A stretch of DNA of 64,000 nt from an uncultured Chloroflexia bacterium (lineage in GTDB: Bacteria > Chloroflexota > Anaerolineae > Anaerolineales > E44-bin32): positions 479,644 through 543,643 of the forward strand of contig CAVZPO010000023.1 in assembly GCA_963777165.1 (NCBI GenBank), given 5' to 3'. Below, one piece after another: positions 26,311 to 38,108 of the stretch. A program made the position numbers and the translations under genes. Below the pieces are notes generated by a model. The model saw only the letters and a list, made by a program, of their open reading frames with translations, was not told where the DNA came from and ran no database searches. Numbering within the stretch: position 1 is the stretch's first letter; the number at the start of each line of letters is the position of its first letter.

Positions 26311-29300
26311 TTACGGCTCTGCCTGGCTCGGCAGGAATTGCATCAGCCGGGTGTTTCCGGCATCCACGACCCACACCGATCCATCTGAGGCGAACGCCAA
26401 CCCGGCGACCAGGCCGAACTGGTCGGGCCCAACGCCATACTCGCCCCACCCCTGTTCGAAGTTCCCTTCGCTGTTGAAACACAGGACGCGATAGCCTTCC
26501 GGATCGGAGGCGCAGACGCGATCCTCGGGGCCGATCGCCAGGTACGGCTTGTTGTCGAGCGACTGACCGTACCAGGCGTCCATCGGCCACTCGCGTGCAA
26601 CCGTGTAGGTGTTCGGTGCGGTTTCGGCGAAGACCTGGACGCGCTGATTCCACGTGTCGGCCACGTAGACCTGATCGCGGCTGTCGATCGCCAGACCGAC
26701 GGGCTCATCCAGCTGCCCCGGTTCGAGGCCCACGCCTCCGAACTGCCCGAGCGGCTTGCCGTTCGAGTCGAAGATAGCGATGCGCTTGTTCCCGGTGTCG
26801 GCCACAAAGACCCTGCCCCGGCTGTCCACGGCCACGGCCCGCGGCCCCCAGAAATCGGTGGGTGTCTCCGCCTGTCCGAACGTGCCGAACATGGTCAGGA
26901 ATTCCCCCGTCGAAGAGAAACGCTGGACGCGGTGGTTCCAGGTATCGGCGACGTACACCGTGCCGTCCGGGGCGACGGCGATGCCCCACGGCTCATTGAA
27001 AGTCCCCCCGGGGGCTTCCGTCTGGGCCTGATCGGCGAACTTCCCCCAGACTTGGAGCACCGTCCCATCCGGCCGCAAGTGCTGGATCCGATGGTTGAAC
27101 GTGTCGGCGACATACACGCTCCCGTCGCGCGCCACCGCCACGCTGCGCGGCGCATTGAACTGTCCCGGTTCCGTACCACTCGAGCCGACGACAACCTGCG
27201 CCTGAAGCTTGGTCATCCCCTTGGCATACGGATCCTCCAGGCTTCCCGGCTCAAGCGACGCCGGCGTGACGCCGTAGTCCCAGAGCAGCGCGGCGATGTC
27301 CTTGCGGACGTACATCTTCATCCGATCGGCCGGCGACCAGTTCTGGATCGACAGGTCGGAATTATTGAGTGTCGCCCACTCGGTGAAGTCGCGGTTAAGC
27401 CAGATCTCCCACACGGCGTGCCGCACGGCGGGGTCGGTGAAGAACGGCCGCAGGTGGCTCCAGACGCGGCCGATGTACTCCCAGGCCGACATCGGCGGCG
27501 ACTCACCGGCACCGGAGGCCAGCCGCTCAGCATTGCGTTCCGACTCGATGCTCGACCAGCCGATGCGCCAGTAGTCCTGGTTCGGCCACCACAGGCGCGG
27601 GAACTCGAAGGCGTGGTAGCGCTTGCCCAGGATCGGCTCGACCTTCGACCAGTTGCCCGCACCGACGATGACCACAGGATAGTTGAGCAGGTCGCGCGAC
27701 GGAGTGCCTCCGAAGAAGTGCACCCGCGGGTAGTTGCGCAGGTACCACATGTACGGATAGGAGGTCTCGTCGTCATAGCCGACGTCCAGTCCTTTGCCGT
27801 CGGCAGTCCGCGTCGACAAATCGTCGATCTGATCCATGATCATACGCACCCCGGGCGCGCTGTGAGCATAGACCAGATACTCATTAGCCAGATCGTAGTT
27901 GACAAAGGACGCCCGGAAGGAGGCGCGCGCCGTCAGCACCGCCAGAAGGGCCAGCCCCAGAACCCCGGCCAGCCGTGTGCGGTCTGCAGCCGGCCACCCC
28001 CTCCAGTGCAGAGCGAGATAGCCGCCGGCAAAGATCGCCGTGATCAGTGCCACGAGAAAGCCGGTGGTCGACTGAAGCTGCTCGAGGGTTGTTCCCCGGA
28101 AGGGTGGATTGAGGCCAAAGACATAGCCCAACGCACTGAGCAGGGCCACGATCAGCAGGAGCAGAACGGCCAGATCAAGCCATGCCCGGCCGGACTGCAG
28201 CCTGGACCAGTCGATGGAGTCGAAGAAGCGGCCGAAGGCCCAACCTGCCAGCAAGATCATCGGCAAGGCGATGTGCACCGTCAGCCACGGCATCTTTTCG
28301 CCCGCATACGAATACGCCAGCAGCGCCGTGAATACCCAGTAGCCCAGGAAGAACAGCACGGGGAAGCCGGTGCTGGTTGTCCGCGGGCACGGCGGCCGCG
28401 CACAGCTGGCTCCCCATCCTGGGCGCGGTGCCGCACGGCGCGGATCCACGCCACGAGCCCTACGACGATCGCCGCCAAGACCCCGATCGCCGGAAGGTAC
28501 TCGTACACCGGGATCTGCACGAAGGCATAGTAGAACCACGGCTGCCCCCCGCGTTGCACCGGTTGCTGCTCGAGCCAGTAGCCGAGCGAACCCACCAGGC
28601 CGGTCATGAACCCGAAGCCGTTGGTGAACACCGTCGTATACAGGACGACAAAGATTCCCCAGAAGGAACCGGCGGCGATCAGCCAGCGCCGCCAATCCCA
28701 GGCCAGGCCTATCAGGATGCTGATGGCGAACAGGACGACGACCACAAGCGCATCTTTGTTCACGACGGCGGGATCCGTGTAATCGATGGGATTCCACCCC
28801 AAGACGTGAGCGAAGGCAGCGGCCAACTGCGGCAGCGTGACTGTGCCGGTGATGACCAGCAGGTCGAGCGCCGGGAAGTCCGTACGGAGTCGGCGGCCGA
28901 ACGTCATTACCAGGGCAGTCACCATGGTGGCCACGCCCAACAGGACCATCAGGGCACCCACACCGATGAGCGGAGAGAGGGCCGGGACGGGCGCGCCCGC
29001 CACGGCCGCGTCACCAGCGGTAGCCGTCGCCGCAGGCATCAGCGCGGCGAACTCCGCTCGGTCACGCAGAAAGATCACGGCGGCCAGACCGCCGCCCAGC
29101 AGCGTATCTCCCAATCCAATCAGGAACCAAAGGCGCAGCAAGGGTCGATGCCATGGCTCGCGCAGCAAGTCGCCCACCAGGTAGGCCGCCAGGAACAACA
29201 GCAGCTGTGCGGCATAGATGAAGGCGGTCTCCTTCGTGGCGAAATGCAGCACGAGCGAAACGGCCAGCAAATACAGCCACCTCGACTTACGCGTGTCGAA

Positions 29301-29807
29301 GTAACTAAACACAGCCCAGAACATGAGCAGGGCTTCGGGGATGACGAATGGGTCCTCACGCGTGTAGCGCGAATAGAAGAGCATGTAGGGAGAGATGAGC
29401 ATCAGCGCCCCGGCGACCAGCGAACCGGTGCGGCCCAGCCAACGGCGGAAGACCCATGTCAGCGCGACCGCTGCCACGCCCATCGCCGCCGTCGGGATGC
29501 GCGCCGCCGTGTCGTTATCCCCGAAGAGGAAGTACGACAGCGCCCACAGGTGGAACTGCATCGGGCCATGCATCAACGGGTTGTGCTGGAAGCCGTTCCC
29601 CCGATACAGATTCCACGAGTAGTAGACGTGCGTCGTCTCGTCATGGCTCATCACCCGCGTGCCGACATCGTAGAAACGCGAGCCGACCGCCAGGGCGATC
29701 AGGACGGCCAGGACAATCGCTTCCCGTCGAACCGACACGGCGCTCGCCAGGACCTTCTCCAGCCATCCGCCCTGCGAGGCCGGCTCAGTCGCGCTGGTGA
29801 CCGTCAT
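26311..29807 (-). CDS. TIGR03663/Agl23-like GT-C-fold membrane protein fused to an NHL-repeat beta-propeller; split by one frameshift near 28365-28420
   Basis: The N-terminal frame has [36 protein letters not shown] and RGGQPWFYY. The downstream frame continues with [11 protein letters not shown] and EYLVYAH, then NHL repeats ([21 protein letters not shown]). Confidence 0.8.
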
Positions 29808-30577
29808 CCGCCTTCCTCCATCCCCCGCCTGTGACTTGATTGGCGTGCCGCCCCGGGCTTCGCTCGACCCTGCTCCATGCCCTGCCTCAACGCATGGATC
29901 TCTTCCGCCTTCAGAGAGCGCCACTCTCCCGATTTCAGATCCCCGACGCGCAGGCTTGCGATCCGAATTCGGATCAGCCTACGCACACGCAGGCCCAAGA
30001 GCGAGGCCGTGTCCCGGATTTGACGCTTGCGCCCCTGGCGCATCACAACGTGCACCCATGCGCCTTTCGTTTCCACCCGCACGGAGGCCGCCAGGGCCCG
30101 CGTCCCGTCCGACAAGCGGACGCCCGACCGCCATCGATCCAACTGCTCCGCGGTGGGCCTCGCATCGAGCAGGACACGATACTCTTTCTCGTGGCCGAAT
30201 CTCGGGTGTGTCAGCGCCATCGCTAAGTCCCCATCATTGGTCAGCAGAATCAATCCCTCGCTGTCCACATCGAGCCGTCCGACCGGGAAGACGCGCTCCG
30301 CGAGCTGGACAACGTCCAGGATCGTCGGCTTGCCTCCCTGGGAAGCCGACGATGTCAACACACCCACGGGTTTGTAGGCGGCGATGTACACCGGTGCGAC
30401 GGCCGCCTTCACGCGGGCGCCGTCCAGCCGGACCACCTGGGACGCCGGATCGACCGACATGCCGATCGTCGCCGTCCGCCCGTCGACCGTTACGCGTCCC
30501 TCGCGGATCAGCTCTTCGCAGGCCCGCCGCGACCCGAGCCCGGCTGCGGCGAGGACCTTCTGGAGCCGGGCGGTCAC
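29804..30577 (-). CDS. rluB: rRNA pseudouridine synthase, RluB/RsuA family
   Basis: S4 domain RLQKVLAAAGLGSRRACEELI, YKPVGV, VGRLDVDSEGLILLTNDG, GRKRQIR. Follows scpB. Confidence 0.88.
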   Translation of the reverse strand: MTARLQKVLAAAGLGSRRACEELIREGRVTVDGRTATIGMSVDPASQVVRLDGARVKAAVAPVYIAAYKPVGVLTSSASQGGKPTILDVVQLAERVFPVGRLDVDSEGLILLTNDGDLAMALTHPRFGHEKEYRVLLDARPTAEQLDRWRSGVRLSDGTRALAASVRVETKGAWVHVVMRQGRKRQIRDTASLLGLRVRRLIRIRIASLRVGDLKSGEWRSLKAEEIHALRQGMEQGRAKPGAARQSSHRRGMEEGG

Positions 30578-31206
30578 GACTCCTCCTGTTGGAGGTCCGC
30601 CGCCGGCTCAGGCGGCATCTGCACCGGCGCCAGAGGCGGCATCTGCTCCAGCGAACCTAAGCCGAAGTGCTGAAGGAACTCCGAGGTCGTGGCGTAAAGG
30701 ATCGGTCGGCCGGGGCCTTCGCTCCGCCCGGTCTCTTCGATCAAGCTGTAGCGCAGGAGGGTCTGCAAGGCGCTATCGGAGTTCACCCCGCGGATCGAAT
30801 CGATGTGCGGTCTGGTCACCGGCTGTTCGTAGGCGATGATCGCCAACACCTCGAGGGCCGCTCGGGTCAGCCGCGAGGTCGTCTCCAGGTTCAACAGACG
30901 TTCCACGTCCATGGCCGCTTGCGGCGCCGACGTGAGTTGATAGCCGGCGCGGTGGCGCTGAACTCGTAGGCCGCGACCTTGCGTGTCCAATCGCAGGTCC
31001 TCGAGCGCCCGTTCCACGTCTTTCGTGGAAGCGCCGAGGGCTGCCGCCAGGTGCGCGGCGTCCACCGGACCGGCCGAGACGAACAGGAGCGCCTCAAGGC
31101 GGGATCTCAGCGAAAGCGCGCCGTCGTCCGTCGAGGCGAGGCGGGGCCCCGTGCTATAATCTCCCGCAGCTTCGGTCTGGGGAGTGGTCGCGGGTGAGTC
31201 GCTCAA
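30574..31206 (-). CDS. scpB: SMC-Scp complex subunit ScpB (start uncertain)
   Basis: LEALLFVS, LTRAALEVLAIIAYEQPVTR, IRGVNSD, GPGRPILYATTSEFLQHFGL. Confidence 0.92.
   Translation of the reverse strand: MSDSPATTPQTEAAGDYSTGPRLASTDDGALSLRSRLEALLFVSAGPVDAAHLAAALGASTKDVERALEDLRLDTQGRGLRVQRHRAGYQLTSAPQAAMDVERLLNLETTSRLTRAALEVLAIIAYEQPVTRPHIDSIRGVNSDSALQTLLRYSLIEETGRSEGPGRPILYATTSEFLQHFGLGSLEQMPPLAPVQMPPEPAADLQQEES
31152..31160 (+). promoter_or_regulatory. Extended -10 promoter element
   Basis: TGCTATAAT, 34 nt upstream of GTG 31194. An identical element lies at 39176-39184. Confidence 0.5.
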
Positions 31207-31781
31207 CGCAGTTTGCTCAAATGGGATGGCGGTTTGCCTGTGCGGCGATGGCGCTTGCGTTCAGCACGCTCGCCTGCACGATGGACCTCGGCGGCCCGGC
31301 GGCTCCCGGAGCGCCCATCCCCACTTCGGAGATGGCGGCGCAGGAGATCCTCGATGCCTGGAAGAGCGCCGTCGGCGCGTTTCCCTCCACCGGCGAAGTG
31401 CGCTTGCTAATCACTGAGTCGCAGTTCACATCGCTCGTGGCAGCACGCCTGGCCGAGAGTGACGATCCCGTGTTGCTTGAGCCGCAGGTGTACCTGCAGC
31501 AGGGTCAGCTCCAGGTCTATGGCCGCGTGAAGCAGGGTCCATTCGAGGGCGCAATCCTGTTTTCGATCTCGCCCGTGGTCACTCCCGACGGCACCCTGGC
31601 CTTCGAAGTGACCTCGGCCGACCTGGGTCCGATGCCCGCGTCGGAAGGCGTCAAGGACAGTCTCTCGGCGTTGATCACCGAAGCCTTCGCCGGGCCAATC
31701 GGCCCGATGGCCACTGGCCTGCGGGTCACATCCATCGCCATCGACAATGGCGAGCTGGCCCTGGTCGGCGTTCTGCGCTAG
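31194..31781 (+). CDS. Putative lipoprotein (possibly LmeA/DUF2993-like)
   Basis: GGAG RBS before GTG. Signal peptide with STLAC lipobox. Patterns VRLLITESQFTS and VTSIAIDNGELALVG. Confidence 0.7.
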   Translation: MSRSTQFAQMGWRFACAAMALAFSTLACTMDLGGPAAPGAPIPTSEMAAQEILDAWKSAVGAFPSTGEVRLLITESQFTSLVAARLAESDDPVLLEPQVYLQQGQLQVYGRVKQGPFEGAILFSISPVVTPDGTLAFEVTSADLGPMPASEGVKDSLSALITEAFAGPIGPMATGLRVTSIAIDNGELALVGVLR

Positions 31782-31787
31782 GCCACG

Positions 31788-33425
31788 ATGGGCGATTATA
31801 CCAGCCGGCCACACGCCCAGCAAACTGCGGCAATCTTGTCCCGCGCCGTCCGCCGCGTTGCCCTGCTGCTGCTCGTCGGAGCGCTGGCAGCGTGCGCCGG
31901 TCCCCAGGCGACTGCCGCCGCCATCACCCTCCAGGTCGATGCGGACGGTGGCACGACATCCTACACCGTCGCCTCAGGCTCCACCGTCCAACAGGCGCTG
32001 GCGGCGGCCGGCGTACTCCTCGGCGAACTCGACCGCGTCGATCCCCCGGTATTCACCGTACTTACCCGGGACGCCGTCGTCCGCATCACGCGCGTCGTCG
32101 AACGCTTCGAGGTCGAGACCGAGACGCTGCCCTTCGAACGCCAAACGATTCGGAACGAGGCCTTGCCGGAAGGCGAGACGCGCCTGCTGCAGCCAGGCGT
32201 CAACGGCGCACAGGAAACCACCTACCGCATCGTGGAAGAGGAGGGCGTGGAACTCTCGCGCACGCCGGTCAAGACCACGATCCAGAGTTCCCCTGTCCCC
32301 GAGATCATCATGGTCGGGGCGCAGGCGGCCTTCAACCCTGTCCCTGTCGAGGGGACCCTCGCCTACCTTTCCGGATCGACGGCCTGGGTGATCAGCGGCG
32401 ACAGCGGCAATCGCCGACCAGTCCTTCTGGACGGGAAGCTGGACGGCCGCGTCTTCAAGCTTTCACCGGACGGCAAGCTGCTTCTGTACACCGTCGAAGG
32501 GCCGGAGGATGATCCGGCCGTGATCAACAGCCTGCGGGCCGTCGTCCTGTCCGATCCGGATCCGACGCCCATCGACCTCCGTGCGGAGAACATCGTCCAT
32601 TTCGCCGATTTCTCTCCCGTCGCCGCGGAGGCCTACCGCGTCGCTTATTCAACCTCCGAGGCGAGCGCCGGCTCGCCGGGCTGGCAGGCCAACAACGATC
32701 TGATCTTGATCACCTTCGCCTCCTCCGGTACGGTGCTCGACGTCGAGCGCGTCCTGGACGCCAGCTCGGGCGGCCCCTACGGTTGGTGGGGAACGACCTT
32801 CGCCTGGTCGACCGATGGCACGCGGCTGGCCTACGCCAGACCCGATGGCATCGGCATCGTGGACCTCGACGACGCTGCTCTCGAACCTGCCGTGGAGATG
32901 ACGCCGTATCAAACCCTTGGAGATTGGGCATGGGTGCCCGGCGTTGCCTGGGGACAGGATGGGCGCACGCTGTATTTCGTGGACCACGGCGCCCCGACCG
33001 GGCTCGAGGGCCCAGCCGCCTCCCCGGCGTTCGACGTCGCCGCACAGCCCGGCCGCGGCGGGCCGGTCCTCAAACTCGCTCAACGTACGGGCATGTTCGC
33101 TTACCCGTCGGTCTCGCCCGCGCGCCAAACGCCCGGCGGCGAGATCTCCTACCGGCTTGCTTTCCTTCAGGCGTTGTCGCCCCTGGAAAGCCAGACCAGT
33201 ACTTATCAACTCGTGGTGCTGGACCGCGATGGAAGCAACCAGACCGTGCTGTTCCCTGCCAGCGGCGAAGTCGGCCTGGCCCCTCAGCCCGTCGTGTGGT
33301 CACCGGACGCCTTGCGGCTTGGATTGGTCTACCGGGGTGATGTATGGATCGTGGATGCTTCAACAGGAGTGGGCCAGAGGCTCACCGGCGATGGTCAAAC
33401 GTTGGCCGTCGATTGGAAGCGATAG
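31788..33425 (+). CDS. Lipoprotein with ubiquitin-like (DUF348) and G5 domains and a TolB-like beta-propeller
   Basis: LAAC lipobox. [22 protein letters not shown] (DUF348-like). [29 protein letters not shown]...PVPEIIMVG (G5). Repeated SPDGK/WSTDGT/WSPD motifs. Confidence 0.82.
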   Translation: MGDYTSRPHAQQTAAILSRAVRRVALLLLVGALAACAGPQATAAAITLQVDADGGTTSYTVASGSTVQQALAAAGVLLGELDRVDPPVFTVLTRDAVVRITRVVERFEVETETLPFERQTIRNEALPEGETRLLQPGVNGAQETTYRIVEEEGVELSRTPVKTTIQSSPVPEIIMVGAQAAFNPVPVEGTLAYLSGSTAWVISGDSGNRRPVLLDGKLDGRVFKLSPDGKLLLYTVEGPEDDPAVINSLRAVVLSDPDPTPIDLRAENIVHFADFSPVAAEAYRVAYSTSEASAGSPGWQANNDLILITFASSGTVLDVERVLDASSGGPYGWWGTTFAWSTDGTRLAYARPDGIGIVDLDDAALEPAVEMTPYQTLGDWAWVPGVAWGQDGRTLYFVDHGAPTGLEGPAASPAFDVAAQPGRGGPVLKLAQRTGMFAYPSVSPARQTPGGEISYRLAFLQALSPLESQTSTYQLVVLDRDGSNQTVLFPASGEVGLAPQPVVWSPDALRLGLVYRGDVWIVDASTGVGQRLTGDGQTLAVDWKR

Positions 33426-33501
33426 TGTCGGGCCTCGGCAGCCGTCTCCAACTCCTGCAGCACGAGGCCGGCACCTGGAGCGGATCGAACAGGAGGGCAG
33501 C

Positions 33502-34448
<947 letters not shown>

Positions 34449-34452
<4 letters not shown>

Positions 34453-34946
34453 CCCCGGATGCGTCCCGAGCCCGCCGCGAGCTGAGGCGGTTCTTCAAGT
34501 TCGGCGTCGTCGGGACGGTCGGCGCCGTCGTTGATTTCGGCTCATTCAACTTGCTCTCCACTGTCCTGGGCGTGTGGTCGGTGGCGGCCAGTGTGGCGTC
34601 CTTCTCAGCCGCCGTGACCAGCAACTTCATCTGGAACCGGTTCTGGGTCTACCCCGATTCGCGATCGAAGCCCGTCGCCGCCCAGGCCGTCCAGTTCGCC
34701 GCCGTCAATCTGGCCGGGCTGCTGATCCGTACTCCGGTGTTCGCCCTGACCGAGGGCCCCATGACTCGATTGGCCGGGACCTGGCTCCCGAGGCTGCAAG
34801 CATTCCCCGGCCCCCTGGCCGGATTCGCCGCCCGTCTGAGTCCTCCGGTGGCCGGCTCGAATCTGGCCCTGGCACTGGCTGTCATCATCGTGTTGTTCTG
34901 GAACTTCGCCGTCAACCGGTTGTGGACGTACAGCGACGTGAGCTAG
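34449..34946 (+). CDS. GtrA-family membrane protein
   Basis: [40 protein letters not shown]. The GTG overlaps the previous stop. Confidence 0.9.
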
Positions 34947-35014
34947 CCGCCTCTATCGGCTCAAGGCGCAGGTCGGTATAATCCGGTCCGTCGAGCACGT
35001 CCACGGAGCGCGGC

Positions 35015-35398
35015 ATGGGGCGGATCCCCAAAGGCAAGGCCATCCCGATCTACACCACCAAGGGCGATTGGTCGGCCCTGATGGTCTTTCCGTTCGTGTT
35101 CAACACGCAGGGGGAATGGGTCGGCTGGGTGACGCCCGATCGGCAGGTTTATGATGTCGACGGACATTACGTCGGCTGGTTGACGGCTGACCCGCGTGTC
35201 CTGCGCCGCCGCACGTACGACCAGCCGCTGCCGCGCAAGACCCCACCGGTCGCCCCTGAACGCATCCGGCCTCCGGCGACTGTCCCGCTCCCGCCGATGA
35301 TGGCGGACCTGCCCTTCGAGAACGTCGACGTGCTCCTGGAAGAGCCTGAACGGCTCCACACCACCGATACCGGCGAGCTGAAAGAGGACGTCGACTGA
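35015..35398 (+). CDS. Hypothetical protein with beta-flower-like repeats
   Basis: Repeats IYTTKGDW / VFNTQGEWVGW / VYDVDGHYVGW, then a Pro-rich tail. TATAAT at 34977-34982 and a GGAG RBS. Confidence 0.65.
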   Translation: MGRIPKGKAIPIYTTKGDWSALMVFPFVFNTQGEWVGWVTPDRQVYDVDGHYVGWLTADPRVLRRRTYDQPLPRKTPPVAPERIRPPATVPLPPMMADLPFENVDVLLEEPERLHTTDTGELKEDVD

Positions 35399-35434
35399 TC
35401 CGCGTCGCGCGGCATCCCGGTCACGGAGGGACGC

Positions 35435-36628
35435 ATGACTGAGCCCGTCCGGTCCCTCACCGAACTGCTCGAACGATCCAGCGCCCGTCGCTTCCTCCAG
35501 GCGCCTGCTCCCGGTGACTTCGGCCTGGCCGAGCGCCTGGTCTTTCCATTCCTGGGGATCGTGGGCCAGGAGGAGATGAAGCTGGCGCTCTTGCTGACGC
35601 TGATCAACCCCGTGATCGGCGGCGTACTGCTCGTCGGACCGCGCGGCACCGGCAAGACCACCGCCGTTCGCAGCCTGGTCGACCTGATGCCCGATGTGCA
35701 GCGCAGCCGCTGCACGTACGGCTGCCTGCCGGAGGACGTGGAGACCGGCGGGATCGATGCCATCTGCCCCGACTGCGCCCGGAAGTACGCCGAGGGCGAG
35801 CCGCTCACCTACCAGGATCGCGTCCAGCTGATCGAGCTGCCGCTCAACGCCCGGCTTGAGGACGTCGTCGGAGGGCTCGACGAACGCGCCGCAGTGCACA
35901 GCCGTCTGCGCCTGACCCGCGGCCTGCTGGCCCGCGCCGATCACAACCTGCTGTACGTCGACGAGGTCAACCTGCTGGGGGACGAAATCGTCGACGCAAT
36001 CCTCGACGCAGCAGCGCAAGGGATCTTTCTCGTTCAGCGCGGCGCGGTATCCGCCACCTACCGCGCCCGATTCGCATTGGTGGGCTCGATGAACCCTGAA
36101 GAGGGCCGGCTCCGCCCTCAGATCCTCGATCGCTTCGGCCTGCGGGTCATCGTCCGCGGGCTGGAAAAGAAGACCGACCGCCTGGAAGCCTATCGGCGCT
36201 CGGTGGGGTTCCGCGGCAGCCCGCGGTCGGTGCTGAACGACTATGCGGAGGAGACCGAAGCAGTGCGGCTCGAGCTCATCGATGCCCGCAGGCTGTTGCC
36301 CGACGTGCGCCTTTCGACTCAGGCCGAGGCCTTCGGCCTGCGCATGATCCAGGAACTAGGGATTAACTCGTTGCGGGCGGAGATCACGCTGTTCGAGGCC
36401 GCCCGCGCTCACGCTGTCGCCGACGGCCGACCCATCGCCACCCCCGACGATGTTGGAACGGTCGCCCCCCTCGCTCTTCGGCTGCGTCGATCGGAGTTCA
36501 TGGACCAGTACCTGCGCACCCAGCAGGTGGAAGAGCGCCAGCTCCTCACCCTCACCCGCAAGTCGCGCCGGGCTCGCCCGGCTTCCCGTACGGCCCGCCG
36601 TCCACGTCGCCCGACTGTCAGGCACTAA
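35435..36628 (+). CDS. Magnesium chelatase subunit I-like AAA+ ATPase
   Basis: FPFLGIVGQEEMKLAL, GPRGTGKT, LYVDEVNLL, GSMNPEEGRLRPQILDRFG. Confidence 0.88.
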   Translation: MTEPVRSLTELLERSSARRFLQAPAPGDFGLAERLVFPFLGIVGQEEMKLALLLTLINPVIGGVLLVGPRGTGKTTAVRSLVDLMPDVQRSRCTYGCLPEDVETGGIDAICPDCARKYAEGEPLTYQDRVQLIELPLNARLEDVVGGLDERAAVHSRLRLTRGLLARADHNLLYVDEVNLLGDEIVDAILDAAAQGIFLVQRGAVSATYRARFALVGSMNPEEGRLRPQILDRFGLRVIVRGLEKKTDRLEAYRRSVGFRGSPRSVLNDYAEETEAVRLELIDARRLLPDVRLSTQAEAFGLRMIQELGINSLRAEITLFEAARAHAVADGRPIATPDDVGTVAPLALRLRRSEFMDQYLRTQQVEERQLLTLTRKSRRARPASRTARRPRRPTVRH

Positions 36629-36712
36629 ACACCATTGGCCGGGAGGCGGACTCCTGGAACGCAAACGGGCCGGGTGTGTCCCGGCCCGGATCGGTCAGGC
36701 GGCGGAGGCAGA

Positions 36713-36949
36713 CTACTTGTGATGCGAGTCGAGGTAGGTGACCGCTTCACCGACCGTGGTGATCTTCTGAGCGTCCTCGTCGGAGATCTCCCCGCCGAAC
36801 TTCTCCTCGAAGGCCATGATCAGTTCTACCAGATCCAGCGAATCGGCCTCGAGGTCCTCGCGGAACCGAGCCTCGGGCGCGACCTTGGCCTCATCCACGC
36901 CCAGCAGTTCCACGATGATCTTCTTCACCTCATCATACGTTCCGGCCAT
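36713..36949 (-). CDS. acpP: Acyl carrier protein
   Basis: [48 protein letters not shown]. Confidence 0.97.
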   Translation of the reverse strand: MAGTYDEVKKIIVELLGVDEAKVAPEARFREDLEADSLDLVELIMAFEEKFGGEISDEDAQKITTVGEAVTYLDSHHK

Positions 36950-36988
36950 GCGTCAGCCTCCTCTCCATGGTTCCTGGGCAACACCGCT

Positions 36989-37047
36989 ATTCTACGGCCT
37001 GTCCGCCCGTGCCGCAAGTTGACACGCCAGTTTGCGGCTGGTAAGAT
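36989..37047. promoter_or_regulatory. Back-to-back sigma70 promoters for acpP (-) and fni (+)
   Basis: Minus strand: TTGCGG-N17-TAGAAT (36989-37017). Plus strand: TTGACA-N17-TAAGAT (37019-37047). Confidence 0.6.
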
Positions 37048-37074
37048 GCAACTCTGTCTCTTGAACCCCAGCGC

Positions 37075-38106
37075 ATGACCGAAGTTACGGGCACGCCCTC
37101 CCGGAAGGCCGACCACATCCGCGTCAACCTGGAGGAGGACGTGCGCAGCGGCCTGCCCAGTGGCTTCGAGCGGCTGCACTTCCACCACCTGGCCCTGCCC
37201 GAGTTGAACCTGAGCGATGTCGATGCCGGCTGCACGTTTCTCGGCAAACGCCTGGCGGCTCCGATTCTGATCTCCTCGATGACCGGCGGAACGGAGCAGG
37301 CGAGCCGAATCAACCTGGCGCTGGCCGAGGCCGCCCAGTCGGCCCAGATCGCCATGGGGCTCGGGTCGCAGCGTGTGGCGTTGGAGGATGCGCGCTGGGA
37401 GTCGAGTTTCCAGGTGCGCAGCGTCGCCCCGGACCTCCTGCTCTTCGCCAACCTCGGCGCCGTTCAACTCAACTACGGCTACGGCGCGGCCGAATGCTTG
37501 CGGGCCGTTGAGATGGCCTCGGCCGATGCGCTCATCCTTCACCTGAATCCGCTCCAGGAAGCCGTCGAGCCCGATGGCGACACGCGCTTCGCCGGTCTGC
37601 TTCGCGGCATCGAAGTCGTGTGCCGCGCTCTGCGCGTGCCGGTGATCGTCAAGGAGGTCGGCTGGGGGATCTCGGCCGCCGCCGCCCGGCGCCTGGTCGA
37701 CGCGGGCGTGTCGGTGATCGACGTCGCCGGGGCCGGCGGCACATCCTGGACGCAGGTTGAGATGCACCGCGCCCGGACACCGCTGCAGGCGGAGCTGGCC
37801 GCTGCCTTCCTGGATTGGGGCATCCCCACCGCCACCGCTTTGCGGGAGGTCCACCGCGCTCTGCCCGATCTCCCCGTCATCGCTTCGGGCGGGCTGCGAA
37901 GTGGCGTCGACGTGGCAAAGTCCGTTGCCCTCGGCGCGGCGCTCGGGGGGATGGCCGGGCCATTCCTGAAGGCCGCGGCTGAGTCCACGCAGGCGGTCCA
38001 CGACCGTATCAACCTGACCGTCGCGCAGATGCGCGTCGCCATGTTCGCCGCCGGCTGCGCCAACCTCGATGCACTGCGCCAGGCCGAGTTGTGGGCGGAC
38101 GAGTAG
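37075..38106 (+). CDS. fni: Type 2 isopentenyl-diphosphate delta-isomerase
   Basis: [48 protein letters not shown]. Confidence 0.96.
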   Translation: MTEVTGTPSRKADHIRVNLEEDVRSGLPSGFERLHFHHLALPELNLSDVDAGCTFLGKRLAAPILISSMTGGTEQASRINLALAEAAQSAQIAMGLGSQRVALEDARWESSFQVRSVAPDLLLFANLGAVQLNYGYGAAECLRAVEMASADALILHLNPLQEAVEPDGDTRFAGLLRGIEVVCRALRVPVIVKEVGWGISAAAARRLVDAGVSVIDVAGAGGTSWTQVEMHRARTPLQAELAAAFLDWGIPTATALREVHRALPDLPVIASGGLRSGVDVAKSVALGAALGGMAGPFLKAAAESTQAVHDRINLTVAQMRVAMFAAGCANLDALRQAELWADE

Positions 38107-38108
38107 AC

